A stretch of DNA of 64,000 nucleotides from Carcharhinus longimanus (Eukaryota): contig JASCQW010000027.1 in NCBI GenBank assembly GCA_030264375.1, forward strand, positions 75,448,324 through 75,512,323, in the 5' to 3' direction. The notes under the pieces were generated by a model. It was not told the origin of the DNA. It searched no databases and saw nothing but the letters and a program-made list of their open reading frames with translations. This document shows, in pieces, positions 26,110 through 37,988 of this stretch; positions within the stretch are counted from its first letter, which is position 1; each line of letters starts with the position of its first letter. The translations under genes were made by a program, and so were the position numbers.

Positions 26110-26620
26110 CTTTGCTCTTTCATGGGATGTGGGCATCACTGGCAAATACAACATTTATTGCCCATCCCTGAGAGCAGTTTTTAAGAGTCAACCACATTGC
26201 TTTGGGTCTGGAGTCACACGTATGCCTGACCAGGTAAGGATGGTAGATTTCCTCCCCTAAAGGACATTAGTGAACCAGATGGATTTTCCAGACAATCAAC
26301 AATANNNNNNNNNNNNNNNNNNNNNNNNNNNNNNNNNNNNNNNNNNNNNNNNNNNNNNNNNNNNNNNNNNNNNNNNNNNNNNNNNNNNNNNNNNNNNNNN
26401 NNNNCAGCAGGCTTCCTTCCCTAAAGGACATTAGTGAACCAGATGGGTTTTTACAGCAATCAACAATGGTTTCATGGTCATCATTAGACTTTTAATTCCA
26501 GATTTTTTTATTCAATTCAAATTTCACCATCTGCAATAGCAGGATTCAAACCTGGGTCCCCAGAGCATTATCCTGGGTTTCTGGATTATGAGTCAAGTCC
26601 ACTGAGCCACCACCTCCCTG
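26110..26620 (-). mobile_element. tRNA-derived SINE, third family (LINE-shared tail); copies at 31815-32162 (-), 40653-41030 (+) and 52150-52505 (+)
   Basis: Shared core gagtcaaccacattgct...ggagtcaca...gatttccttccctaaaggacattagtgaaccagatgg, with a reverse tRNA-like head. Confidence 0.8.
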
Positions 26621-26994
26621 TATTGTAGACATTGTTAATAGCACTCATGCCCATCCAAACTCCTGCACTGGATGGCAACGTTTTCAAGGGCTCAAGGGAA
26701 ATCCATTGGGTGAGTATTCAGATGGACCATGACCAACTGCAATATGTAACAGATATTAAAGTCTATTTCCCTTGCAGCAGTTGTGATACATTCATTTTAA
26801 TGCGTTCATAAAATGTAGGAGCAAATGTAAGCCAGTGGCCCATCAATGAGCCATTCAATGAGATCATATCTGAATGTTACTTAAAGCAGAAGGCTGATGG
26901 ATAGTCAAGGTTATGGAAAATGTAAATTCAGAATATTACATTAAACTAAGGCACAAAAATAGCATGAAGGTGCACAGTTTCAAGATAAATTTAC

Positions 26995-27560
26995 TAGAAT
27001 AACAATAAAACTGTACATTTATACGGTGCCTTTAACATAGAAAAATTGCCCCAAAATGCATCACAGACGCATAAAGAAAAATCAAAGAGCAAACCAGACA
27101 AAGAGATATCAGGATGAGCTAGCCAAATGGTTGATAAAATGATGGATTCGAAAGGTGGTTCTAAAAGAGGAAAGACAAGTGGAAAAATGGAAGGTTTTAA
27201 GGAAGGAATCCCGGAGCATGTACCACACGCTGTGCTTCCAATGGTGGGCAAAGGCAATGCACAAGATCAGAGTCAAAGGAATGCAAATACAGTGGAGTGC
27301 AGACACTCTGGGCTGGAGGAGAGTTAAGGAGGAGCAAGGCCATAAAAGAATTTAATCACCAGAATAATTTTAAATTGAATGTGTTTGGGATCTAAGAGCT
27401 AATGTTTGTCAGAATGAAAGTAGTGATGAATAAATGGGACTTGGTTTAGATGAGCCTCCAAAAAGTGGGGAATGGAAGGTCAGCCAGGACATCATTGGTG
27501 TAGTTTGGTCTGGAGGAGACAAAGATATTGAAGAGAGTTTCAGCTCCATTTGGACTGAGG
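26995..27560 (-). mobile_element. L2-like LINE 3' fragment, decayed
   Basis: Tail aataacaataaaactgtacatttatacggtgcctttaac followed by a purine-rich reverse ORF remnant. Confidence 0.55.
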
Positions 27561-29633
27561 TAAGCTAAGTTCATCATAGCAATCGACACCTGGAATGGAC
27601 AGTCAGATAATTTGACCTGTGCCCAGTGAATCTTCAGGGAATAAGGACAGACTGAGTATTACAGCCAGTAAAGCACAGTGGACTCAGAATTGAACAAGGA
27701 TATGTCTTTACCCAATAAAATATCAGGAGATCAAGAAGGCACAAAACCTTGGGATTATTTCAGAAAAAATTAGGTGTATACTGCAGTTGACCAGTGTAGG
27801 GTTTTTGTCCGGACGATTGAGATGGGACAAACGGCTTTCCTCATCTGTCATTATCTTTAGATATTGAGGATACATATTAACCCCTGGATCATAGCTATGC
27901 TTTAAGAAGGCCTACAATATGAAGTGAATAGTGATGTCTTAAGTTACATGTGGCCAAACCAATCTTCGGCTTCCTGAAAATCTGGTAATATATTGCAGCC
28001 TAAGTTCACTATGGTAGCAAAGAATTAACTAATCTCCTGCAGGTTATACAACTTGACTGCACAGAGAGGCCTTCTGAAGGAGCAGGTGGTCAGGGAGCAC
28101 GAGATGAAGCTAGCAGCAAAGCTGGGTACTGTTGTTATGTAGGTGAACAACTTAAGATTTGTTAACTTGTAAAAAAAACATTCAGCCCAGTATATGCCAA
28201 CTCGATTCTACCCTGAGAGAAAAAACATCATATTCATAATTCATCAGGCGGTGGAGGGATCTGGGCTTGATGCCAATTCAGGAGAGAGATAAAAATGATT
28301 TTGGCAGGCCCCAAAAGAGGCAGGTTGACGTGGATGAATGGAAGGCCTTATCTTATTTCTATTTCCTTGTGTTCTCAGACTGTAAGTTGGATATGAAAGC
28401 ACCCTATGTTACACTTCAAAGTGTGCAAGCAAAAGTGGAAAATCAGGTATCCATTTTCCAAAAGGAATTCCAGGTCTCACCAGTGTTCATTTAAATCTAT
28501 ATTTTGTCATTTTCACAAAATATTGCAAGCAATTTTTGGCAGCGATTTTACATTGATATATTATTAAAAATACATTATATCAGCACTTTAAAAAATACTT
28601 ACTGTCATTTTTAGAAGGTTGGAGCATAATTTTAGAAAAAATCAATGAGAGCTTAGAGAGCTACTGAAGTCTAAAGACCTGTACATACAGCCCCTTGTTT
28701 GCACTGTACTTACAGCTGTGATGCTGTGTTTCTCTTGGCTGCTATCCAGGCAATAGGTAGAACTCAATCAGTATTACAAAGTACAGAGCAGGAAATGGAG
28801 GGTGAGTTTTCCAGTACACAACACTGCTTTGTGTATTAGAAACCTTGTGAATTTTCAATGCTGGCTGAAAGTACTTTCTGTGCACCAATGATACGTTCAA
28901 TTATACATCATTGAATAAGTGCTGAGCTGTTTCTTTAATTCTTATACTGTATTCTGTTTTTCTATGGATGTTGATGAGAAAATATCACTCTTGGAAATTA
29001 AGGAGAATTTATCTTAATTTCAAGGATCTTAGACAATGAATAAACTCTCAGTTTTATTAATAAAACAGCCCTGTAGAAATCGAACCATGATTTAATAAAG
29101 AAAGCAAAGGAGAGATGCAGAAATTGATTCAAGTATGCTTTAGTAATGAATGAAGGCTATCTTGCTGATGGATTGGATATGGTGCAGGGAGCTGATCATT
29201 GAGGTTTAGTGTAAGGTTTCACACCACTGGGAAACTGGTGAGATTGTTGGAATCAAGGCTAGAAGAGGTGCATATGTGTTTAGGGGGGTCAAAGAGGATA
29301 ATATCAATTTAACCAACTTTTAGCTGGAGGATGTTACAACTCACCCAGCTTCTAATGTGAAGCAATCAGGAAGAAACAGTAGTGATGCTTTAGAAGTTGA
29401 TAGAATGGACAAAGAGATTTTGAGAAGAATCATTCACACACATTTAGAAGTTGATATTGTGTTTTTAGCTAACATTTTCATGGGCGAGCAAATCAATGAT
29501 GAAGATAAATGATAAAGCTCTGAAGTAAGCCACATGTGATCATGTGGATATGGGAAGAGATGTTTTTGGAGAAAGACAAAGGCAAGCTTATGAGATTTAT
29601 GAGAGTGTGGATTACAGAATCAACCTTATTGTT

Positions 29634-29819
29634 AGAGAAAATGCTGGAAAATCTCAGCAAGTCTGGCAGCATTTGTAAGGAGAGAAAAGAGCTGACGTTT
29701 CAAGTTCAGACGACCCTTTGTCAAAGCTTTGATAAAGGGCTGTCTGGACTCAAAATGTCAACTCTTTTCTCTCCTTACAGATGCTGCCAGACCTGCTGAG
29801 ATTTTCCAGCATTTTCTCT
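29634..29819. mobile_element. 186-bp palindromic element, probably derived from Penelope-type terminal repeats
   Basis: Near-perfect inverted repeat centred on aaagcttt (29723-29730). Half-copies at about 7125-7207 and 30695-30790. Confidence 0.8.
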
Positions 29820-30414
29820 NNNNNNNNNNNNNNNNNNNNNNNNNNNNNNNNNNNNNNNNNNNNNNNNNNNNNNNNNNNNNNNNNNNNNNNNNNNNNNNNN
29901 NNNNNNNNNNNNNNNNNNNNNNNNNNNNNNNNNNNNNNNNNNNNNNNNNNNNNNNNNNNNNNNNNNNNNNNNNNNNNNNNNNNNNNNNNNNNNNNNNNNN
30001 NNNNNNNNNNNNNNNNNNNNNNNNNNNNNNNNNNNNNNNNNNNNNNNNNNNNNNNNNNNNNNNNNNNNNNNNNNNNNNNNNNNNNNNNNNNNNNNNNNNN
30101 NNNNNNNNNNNNNNNNNNNNNNNNNNNNNNNNNNNNNNNNNNNNNNNNNNNNNNNNNNNNNNNNNNNNNNNNNNNNNNNNGCAGGGGAAGGAGTAGCTCA
30201 TGAATCATGTGTCTCCAGAAAGAATGTAACCCCAGCATTCGGATCTCCACTCCCTTACAAACATATCTCCCCTGTGGATACGCAGGGTCAGTGAATTTAT
30301 CATCCACAGTACAATTTGGAGTGACACCATGGAGAAACATACTAAAATAATGTAACTTTTATTATTATATAAGTGAGAAAATGAGGAATTATCAAGCATT
30401 GTGTAACATTCAAA

Positions 30415-30540
30415 CATAGAAAATGGAAACAGGAGTAGGCCATTTGTCCCTTTGAGCCTGCTATGCCATTCAATATGATCATGGCTGATCCTTTATCTCA
30501 ACATCAATTTCCCATGCTCTCCTATATCCCTTGACATTAC
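30415..30540 (-). mobile_element. CR1 3' tail fragment (similar at 39495-39580, 42565-42700 and 56850-56990)
   Basis: catagaaaatggaaacaggagtaggccatttgtccctttgagcctgct is the reverse complement of a CR1 3' terminus. Confidence 0.75.
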
Positions 30541-31814
30541 TGTTGTGAGTCAGTTTGCTCCAAACCTAGATATTATTATTTTCATAAAGTGAACACAATA
30601 ACACAAGATATAGGAGCAGTAGTAAGTCGTTTGGCACCAAGCTTGCCCCAACCTTTGGCTCCTTCTCAAACAAAAGTCTGTCTGACCTGGAACAAAGCAG
30701 AGTCATATTTGATTTGAAACATTAACTCTGCCTGTCTCTCTGTACAGGTGCTGCCAGACCTGCTGAGTTTCCCAGCAATTTCTGTTTCATCAGGCAATCA
30801 CTTATAGACAATTAATAGTTAAATGGCCTTGACAGGTAATACCTGTTCACTAAATAGCAGTTTCTTTTACAGTTTTTCAAGTTGTCAGTTAAGTTTAAAT
30901 TTTAAACTAAATTTCAGCGTAAGATATACTCACCAGAGAATTCCAACTCCCACCAAGTTCCAACTTTTGCATGCCATATATCCTGTACTCCTTTTAAAAT
31001 CAGCCTGTGCATTAGCAAATTTTATTTACTTTGAATGTTCTCTTCCGTGGTATCTCCCACTGTCAGAACGTGAACACACATAGGTTGAACAAGCTAGGCT
31101 AGGACATATATTTGCATCTCTAATACGCGGCTCTAAATATTACTGCTCTGACTATTGGGGTTTAGTTTTAGCTGCCAGGAACAAGGAAAAGTGAGCAGTC
31201 AGGAAAGGTTTAAGGTTTCTTTGTGGGATATAGAGGAGCAAGAGTGCTCTTCCTGACTCATATGGAAACCTGTAAAAACAATTATATAAAATATGCTGCC
31301 TGGGCCTCTTCTGGCCCTAAATGCAGTCACTTATATTTTCCATCTCTCTTGTCTTGCTTCTTCCCCGAAATACAATCGCTCACAACTGGGAGACCCTTTC
31401 GTTGGCATATAACAGCTCTACAAGTGACCAGTCTTTATGTGAACCTGAATATTAAGTATCTGGAGCAGTTTGGAGGAATCTCAAAGGAGCTTGATGCTGG
31501 TCATACCTAATATCTACAGATACTTTCCAGCAATTGGTAAATGGAGAACGAAAGCCTCTTGGGTCTCTGAGGTCAATTATATTGTCCTCATTAACACATG
31601 AGTGGGATCAGCTAATTCAGCAAGGCCTTTCCTGCTAAGCAGCACTGAAGGCAATTAACTTACCCACTGGTTTACAACTCATCCATTTCAAATTAAGGAA
31701 GTAAACAGGTGTGGGTATAAATTTTATGGTTATTAGTTCATTTGGACCTTCCATGCCATAAGAATCCTGAGGCTTTATTCACTTGTACATTCTACCTTAA
31801 AGGGCAACTTTTTA

Positions 31815-32162
31815 AAAATTAATTTTATGAGATATGAGCATCGCATTTACAGCCCATTCCTAACTACCCTCCATTTCAAAGGGCATTTGAGAGTCAACCA
31901 CATTGCTATGGATTTGGAGTCACATGCAGGTCAGACCAGGCAAAGACAGCAGATTTCCTTCCCTAAAGGACATCAGTGAACCAGATGGTGTTTTTCAACA
32001 ATTGACAATAATATCATGATCATCATTAGATTTTTAAATCCAGACTTTTATTGAATTCAGACTTCACCATCTGACATGGTAGGATTTCAACCCAGGTCCC
32101 CAAGTTTTGCTCTGGGTCTGCAGATTACTAGTCCAGTGACAATATCACTGTGCCACTGCCCC
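31815..32162 (-). mobile_element. tRNA-derived SINE, third family, near full length
   Basis: Colinear with 26110-26620. Confidence 0.8.
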
Positions 32163-32209
32163 TAACTAGAAGCACAGTCCTTGTGGATAAATGAGTGTCA
32201 CCAAGAGGC

Positions 32210-32600
32210 TTTGTGTCAGTTTTGGTTAAGTGGTAGCTTTCTTATCTTTGAGTTGTAAGGCAGTGGCTTCAAGTCTTGTTCCAGGAATAATCCAGGCTGG
32301 TAATTTAGTGCAGTTCTGAGAGAGTATTTACCGCATTCTCAGAGCTGCTATCCTACAAATGAGACTTTAAACCAGAGCCTCATCTGTGAGCTCTGATCAA
32401 TGCAAAATATGCCACAGCACCATTCAAGGAAAATTGGGGGATTTCTGCCAAAGGCCTAACCAACATTCTTCTCTTAATCAACGCCAGCGCTTTAACTGCT
32501 TTTACAAATCACCTGCCAAAGATGGAGACAGTAACAAGACCTCAAAAGTAATTGCTCAGCGTTGGGGATGTCCTAAGGATGCTTAAGGTGTTGTATAAAT
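32210..32600 (+). mobile_element. Deu-SINE-like copy
   Basis: Head ggcttcaagtcttgttccagg, core tttagtgcagttctgagagagt...gagactttaaaccagag, tail ttggggatgtcctaaggat...gtataaat. Confidence 0.6.
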
Positions 32601-34209
32601 CAGAGATAGGATGTGTTCCTGAGAAGAGAAAGGATTGGGGATCATGCATAAAAGAAAACGCTCTGACTTACATTTTGCTGGAGAATAAATAATATGTTGT
32701 TCAAGTAAGCAACTGAGGTGTCAACTGTAAGTAGGTTCTAAATAAAAATGGGATGTGTTCCTGAGAAGAAAAAGCATTGGGGATCATGCATAAAAGAAAG
32801 CATTCAATTTAGAACCCATTTATACTTCAGTTATCTTCTCTGGCAATGCACTCCATAACTTCAGACCATTTTCATGAGTGCCCATTGAGTTTTGTTAATG
32901 TTTGTAGAAGAAATGGTGCTATGAGGGCTGTTTATCATTTCAATTGCAGTGTTATGGTGTATTTTGACATATCAGTGCAATTCATTTTTGTAAAAAGAGA
33001 AAAAACCTTTTTTCCAAATGCTATTTCATGATGATGGCATCCTTTGAGAGAGTGCTGAATACAAATGGCCGGAATGTTTCATATTCCTCTGTTAAGTGTC
33101 TCCTGGAGCATAATTGAATGCCCTCTTCTATGATATGTTTGGTGACGTGTTTAATCAGGCTGGTGGGAACGTTGCAGCATTCCTGTCAATGCCCCAATTG
33201 AGTAAATGAATAGGAAGCCCATGGACTGCATATCTATCCTGTCACCAGTTGGGCCCTTAAGTGGGCAATTTAACGTCCATTTAAGGGTCGCATCCTGCTG
33301 CTGCTAGACCCAGTAGCTGATGGGGGATGTGCCATATGTGAAGCCTGGTCTGTTTGCTTACTGGCATCTGGAGGGGGTGGTGGGGGTTTGGGGTTGGGGG
33401 TGGGGGCTTATTGAGGGAACTAGGATTGGGAAGGAGGTGGCCCACTCAGAGGCAGGCCTCTGCTCTTGCTGACAACCACCTCCCCTTGCTCCTTGGGACT
33501 CAATCATTCATTTCTCATTGGGTCCATGGTGACCCTAAGCCTCAGGTGGATGTAGAACCAGCAATAGCGACCATCTCCCCCGTGCTAATGCTGAGAAAGC
33601 CCCACTACTGCCCAGTTAAACATCTCGCTGGCACTTAATGCAGCCAACCTTCCTGAAAAAGAGGCGGTATGAGGCATTTGGGACAGCTGGGTTGCCTTGA
33701 CAACAGGACTGTGAGAAAGGGCTGTCATTGTGAATACACAATTCTACCATATTACTACAGCTGAAAAGGTTGATTTTCCCCGTCTATCAATCCTGCTGTG
33801 TAAGAGACCACTTGAAAGTCTTGGAGAAACATATGCTGACTTCTCGGATGAAATGATCAAAAAGGAGAGAAGAAATTTTTTTGAAATGGTTGGGAATTCA
33901 CACTACCAGCCATATTCCCATTATTAGCAGTGAAGCTAATACCATAGATATAAGGCTTATTAGGGAACCAGGAGTCCTCAATTGTGCAAGTCACTCATTT
34001 TTTCTTTGGAAAATTATAGTTATGCAAAATGCCTGCTGTTCATCTCCCACCTGGAGAAACACATAACATTTCAAAAAGATGTAGAAGTAAAGGCAAACTG
34101 TTTATAATCCAGTGATACAATCCTAGCCTTATTGTGTGTCTTCTGTTGATGTCTAATATATTGGGTGATAGAATTCTATAGAGTCATGAATGTTTTTTCA
34201 CTTCTTTAG

Positions 34210-34256
34210 GATCTGAAGAAAACACCACATCAAAGCAGGAGTCAGTAAAAATAGAG
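34210..34256 (+). CDS. DNMT3A: DNMT3A internal coding exon (equivalent to human exon 5), 47 nt, phase 1 to phase 0, encoding (G)SEENTTSKQESVKIE
   Basis: Pyrimidine tract and acceptor (tttttcacttctttag), donor GAG|gtaata. The peptide resembles human GKEQKETNIESMKME (44-nt exon, same phases, recalled from memory). It splices in frame to the exon at 37842. Confidence 0.85.
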
Positions 34257-35011
34257 GTAATACCCCTTCTTTCATCTTATATATAACGTAAACACATATG
34301 TATATACAGGGTAGTGAGTATCCTTGGAACACTGATTCCGATTGCATGATGTTTTAGCCCAGTAGGTTTTTTTTTAACATGTCAGAATGTTTATGTAACT
34401 TCCTTCCTATTAAATGATGTAATGTAATGGATGATTCCAGGCAGAGTAGAAGAGAGCGGACCAACAGTCCATTTTGCAAAAAAAAATCCCATTATCTACA
34501 AAATAACGGTTTGCTAGAACGGCAGTCAAATGAAGCAGTATAATCTCTGGATTCATATCATAAACCTGAAAAGCTTGAAGGTTTTATAACATTGTCTTCA
34601 CTTCCATTGTTCATTCAGGCATGTGTCATGTGAACTTCAATAAAATCAGCTTGGTAATTTTCACTTTATGTCAGGGCACGTATCAGAGCACACTTTTTAA
34701 AAAAAAATCTGGACATCATTCATCCATTTTTGTTAATCAGAGAAGTGAAATATACCGTCATGCGTTCAGCAACAATCAATTCATGTGTAGCTTCTATCTG
34801 AAACCATCATAATTGTTATGACCGGGATGGGAAGAGTGCACGGTTAACCCAGCTCCCACTCCTCCAAAGATCACACTATTAACATAAGTGTTTAATTTAC
34901 TCACCAAAATGTCAATTATTTACCTTGCTACCATTAGACCCAGAATAAAAGAGACTTTAACCAGGCTTCTTTCAATAAATTCAGAATGATTGTTTTATTA
35001 TAGAACAAAAT

Positions 35012-35960
35012 GGGGGTGATTTGTCCAGCTCCCTACACTGCTTTAGGAGCACAGTGTGCAGGGAGACTGAAGCGGAGGATATTTAGCATGCTGTCCACTG
35101 GGCATACAGCGTCAGCGAGTCTCCAAGTGCTAGATTTCCAGCGCCATCACTTCCACGGCAGAAATCGGCACTGAAATCTCAGGGTCTGCGAGCCTCACCC
35201 CGCCCTCCCCCCCGCCCCCCCCAAGGAGTATTTCATTCCGGCAGGGTTCAGAATAACTCCCCACTTGCAAAGACCTGGTTGCCCGGCCCTGCTGGAGTGT
35301 ACGGGGCCAACCCGCCGCCCCCCCCCCCCCCCCCCCCGGGGTGGGGGGGNNNNNNNNNNNNNNNNNNNNNNNNNNNNNNNNNNNNNNNAATGGGGCACCT
35401 TGGCACTGCCCACCAAGTATCAGGCAAATGCCAAGGGGGCAGGGCCTATAGAGGCTGGACCTCTGGTTGGTGGGGTGGAAGGGAGGATCAGGGCTGCGAA
35501 GAGGTGTCGGGGGGGGGAGATCGGGACTGCTGGGGTGGGGTTGGGGAAATAGGGATTGGGAATTAGAGGTGGGGGAGATTGAGGCAGGCTGGGAGGGGTC
35601 GAGGCTGGCCTAGACACATCCGGGAGACCAGCAATGCGCCGTGATGGGGCCTGGGGGCAGTCAGTAAGCCAGCGATGAGGGGTTGCGGTGCTGGCCAGCG
35701 ACCAGGAGGCCAGCAGTGCAGGACTACTGCACATGTGCCTATCTCCGCTTTGACAGATCAGCACATGCGCAGTGGTCCACGCAGCACTATGCTGCTGGCC
35801 GCTCCAGTGGAAATAGACCTCACCCACCGATTTCAGGCGTGATTCACACTCGAGAGTGTGGGAGATTTATTTTGAAAATCCCACTGAAAAAAGCCAGCGG
35901 GATTTACACCAGTTTTTACGTGACTTCGACACTTAGAATTTTTTTGGGAGAATCCGACCC
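35012..35960. mobile_element. GC-rich non-autonomous TIR element (Harbinger-like), relatively young
   Basis: Ends gggggtgatttgtcc...gggagaatccgaccc; retains CpGs; contains poly-C/G tracts and a gap. Confidence 0.6.
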
Positions 35961-36406
35961 AACTTTTTTAAAAGACATCTTACAAAATCTGGTCGGCATA
36001 CAATTTGTAATCTGTAAGTGTGACCATCTATCCAATTTAAAAATACCCAGAGTGCACACATAAACAAATGACAAACTGGGTGTCACTGCAGAGATTGGCA
36101 GTTAAAGAAGACTTTATGGATAGTATAATGGGTTTTGACATCGTCAGTGGCTTGCTCCATCATGTGAAGGATGATCGCTAGTCCCAGTAGATGCTTGCAG
36201 GTTCTCACCAAGGGAGCTTTGGCATGGAGGAGAATAAAACTGGATCAATCTTTGGGCTCTTCCTCTCTTCTCAGCCTCTTTGGATTCAAAATGCAGACAA
36301 GTTCTGTGGAGATGAGGTTCCTAGCTGGATACTGATAATCCCACTGTATTTCAGCCAAGGCAAGGACAGCACAGTAGTTTTTGCCCTTCTCAGTTCGTTG
36401 CCAACC

Positions 36407-36559
36407 GAGTTTTCTTGAACTGTGCTTTATATTGTTTTAAAAGATTTGTCCCTGGCGCAAAAATCAGTATTTAATAGGCATTCTCCTCTCTTTAAACCTT
36501 CAGGCAACAAAAGTTAATATATCAACAGGGGAATGGATGGTGTAGTGGTAATGTCACTG
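36407..36559 (+). repeat. Copy 1 of a ~153-bp direct repeat (copy 2 at 40532-40684)
   Basis: Ungapped similarity, e.g. ttttcttgaactgtgctttatattg vs ttttcttgaactatgctttacattg, and aaaccttcaggcaaca...tatatcaacaggggaat...ggtgtagtggtaatg in both copies. Confidence 0.9.
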
Positions 36560-37841
36560 CCCTCGACCATCTGGGGGGCCTCAATGGCCTCCGGTCCCAC
36601 CAGCCAGGCCAACACCTACCAGGGACCGTATGTGATCCTCACCGGTGAGGACCTCCACACTGTTCAGACAAGTGAGCCTGGACAATTCCATCTTGGGTGC
36701 ACTAATCATACTGAAATTAGGTTTTACTCAGAGATGTGAAATGTACATGATGGACATGAGGCTGATCACACCAGCTTCACAGTGCCGGTCGTGTGGAGCG
36801 AGAAACGGGGCACAAACCCGCTTTTTCACCTCTCTCGCGATCTTATTGGCTCACCGCATGATCAACCAGTAGTATGAACTGGTAAGATCACTCTCATAGT
36901 GTGAAGGAAGGCTGACACTTCACTGATAAGCCACATACTCGGGGGTGGGAGTTCTCTGGCCTCCCTGCAGCATGTTTCTTGCGGCAGGAGGCAGCGCGCT
37001 ATTTCCTGAGGATCCCACTGCTGTCAATGGGAAGGTACCCCTCACCGCCGGGAAACCTGCAGTGGGGTGCATCGTCACTGGAACCAGAAGATCCCGCGAT
37101 GTGTACAGCCAGAAAATTGCAGCCATTGTCTCCTACTCGTTATTTTTCAAAAGCCCATTTGTAGTTGGATCAGAATGTGCAGAATATAGCCAAAAAGGCT
37201 GAACATTGAACATACTACTCACATGTTTAATTGACCAAATGAAATCTTAATCTTGCCACTGACTTCATTTTCTAAAAGAAACAGTGAAATCCTCAACTCC
37301 TTGTGCTCAGATATGATTCTTGGAAGAGGTTCTAACTTTATTTTTAGTTTGTTTGCCAGCGTTCAGGAAAATCTGAAATGCTCAATGTTTTACCTACCTC
37401 ATATTAAGTTGTTCTTTCTCTACACCCTTGCTCTGACTGTAACACTACATTCTGCATTATCTTGTTTCCTTCTCTATGAACGGTATGTTTTGTCTGTATA
37501 GTGTGCAAGAAACAGTACTTTTCACTGTAAATATATGACAATAATAAATCAAATCAAAAAATTCAACAAAATGCCCAAGCCAAAGATAGCTACCTAACCC
37601 TTTTCACAGTAGCCAATATTTTGTATAAATCTTCATAAAAGCATTTTTGACTGTAGTTTGACATGAACTTTCACCTCCATCCAGTTTCATCTCCATCCAA
37701 CAGGGAGCTAGCTGCTGGTAGCACCCAGAGCTGCCTACTGTCACTCAGTAATCGTTCATTTAGAAGGTAGAGGTGAATAAAAGATAAATTATTGATTAAT
37801 GTTTTCTAATATTGTCAACAACATCCATGTTTTTTGAACAG

Positions 37842-37988
37842 GGAACGAGGGGGCGACGTCGTGGCCAGTCAGGGTGGGAGAGTAGCCTACGTCAGAGACC
37901 TATGCAGCGAATAACTTTCCAGGCTGGCGATCCCTATTATATCAGCAAAAGGAAGAGAGATGAGTGGCTTGCAAAATGGAAGAAGGAG
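37842..37988 (+). CDS. DNMT3A: DNMT3A coding exon (equivalent to human exon 6, about aa 165-213; N-terminal UDR/nucleosome-binding region of DNMT3A1): [49 protein letters not shown]
   Basis: Acceptor ttttttgaacag, donor GAG|gtgagt, 147 nt, phase 0-0. 41 of 49 residues match the human sequence [49 protein letters not shown] as I recall it. Confidence 0.96.

Noticed and set aside
26225-26470. Apparent duplication of SINE core on both sides of a gap (similar case at 40758-40906)
   Set aside because: Repeated sequence directly flanks 100-N gaps, so it is most likely an unmerged contig overlap or repeat misassembly.
29729-30340. Long ORFs spanning N runs (also 20336-20806 and 44766-45250)
   Set aside because: Artefacts of translating through assembly gaps.
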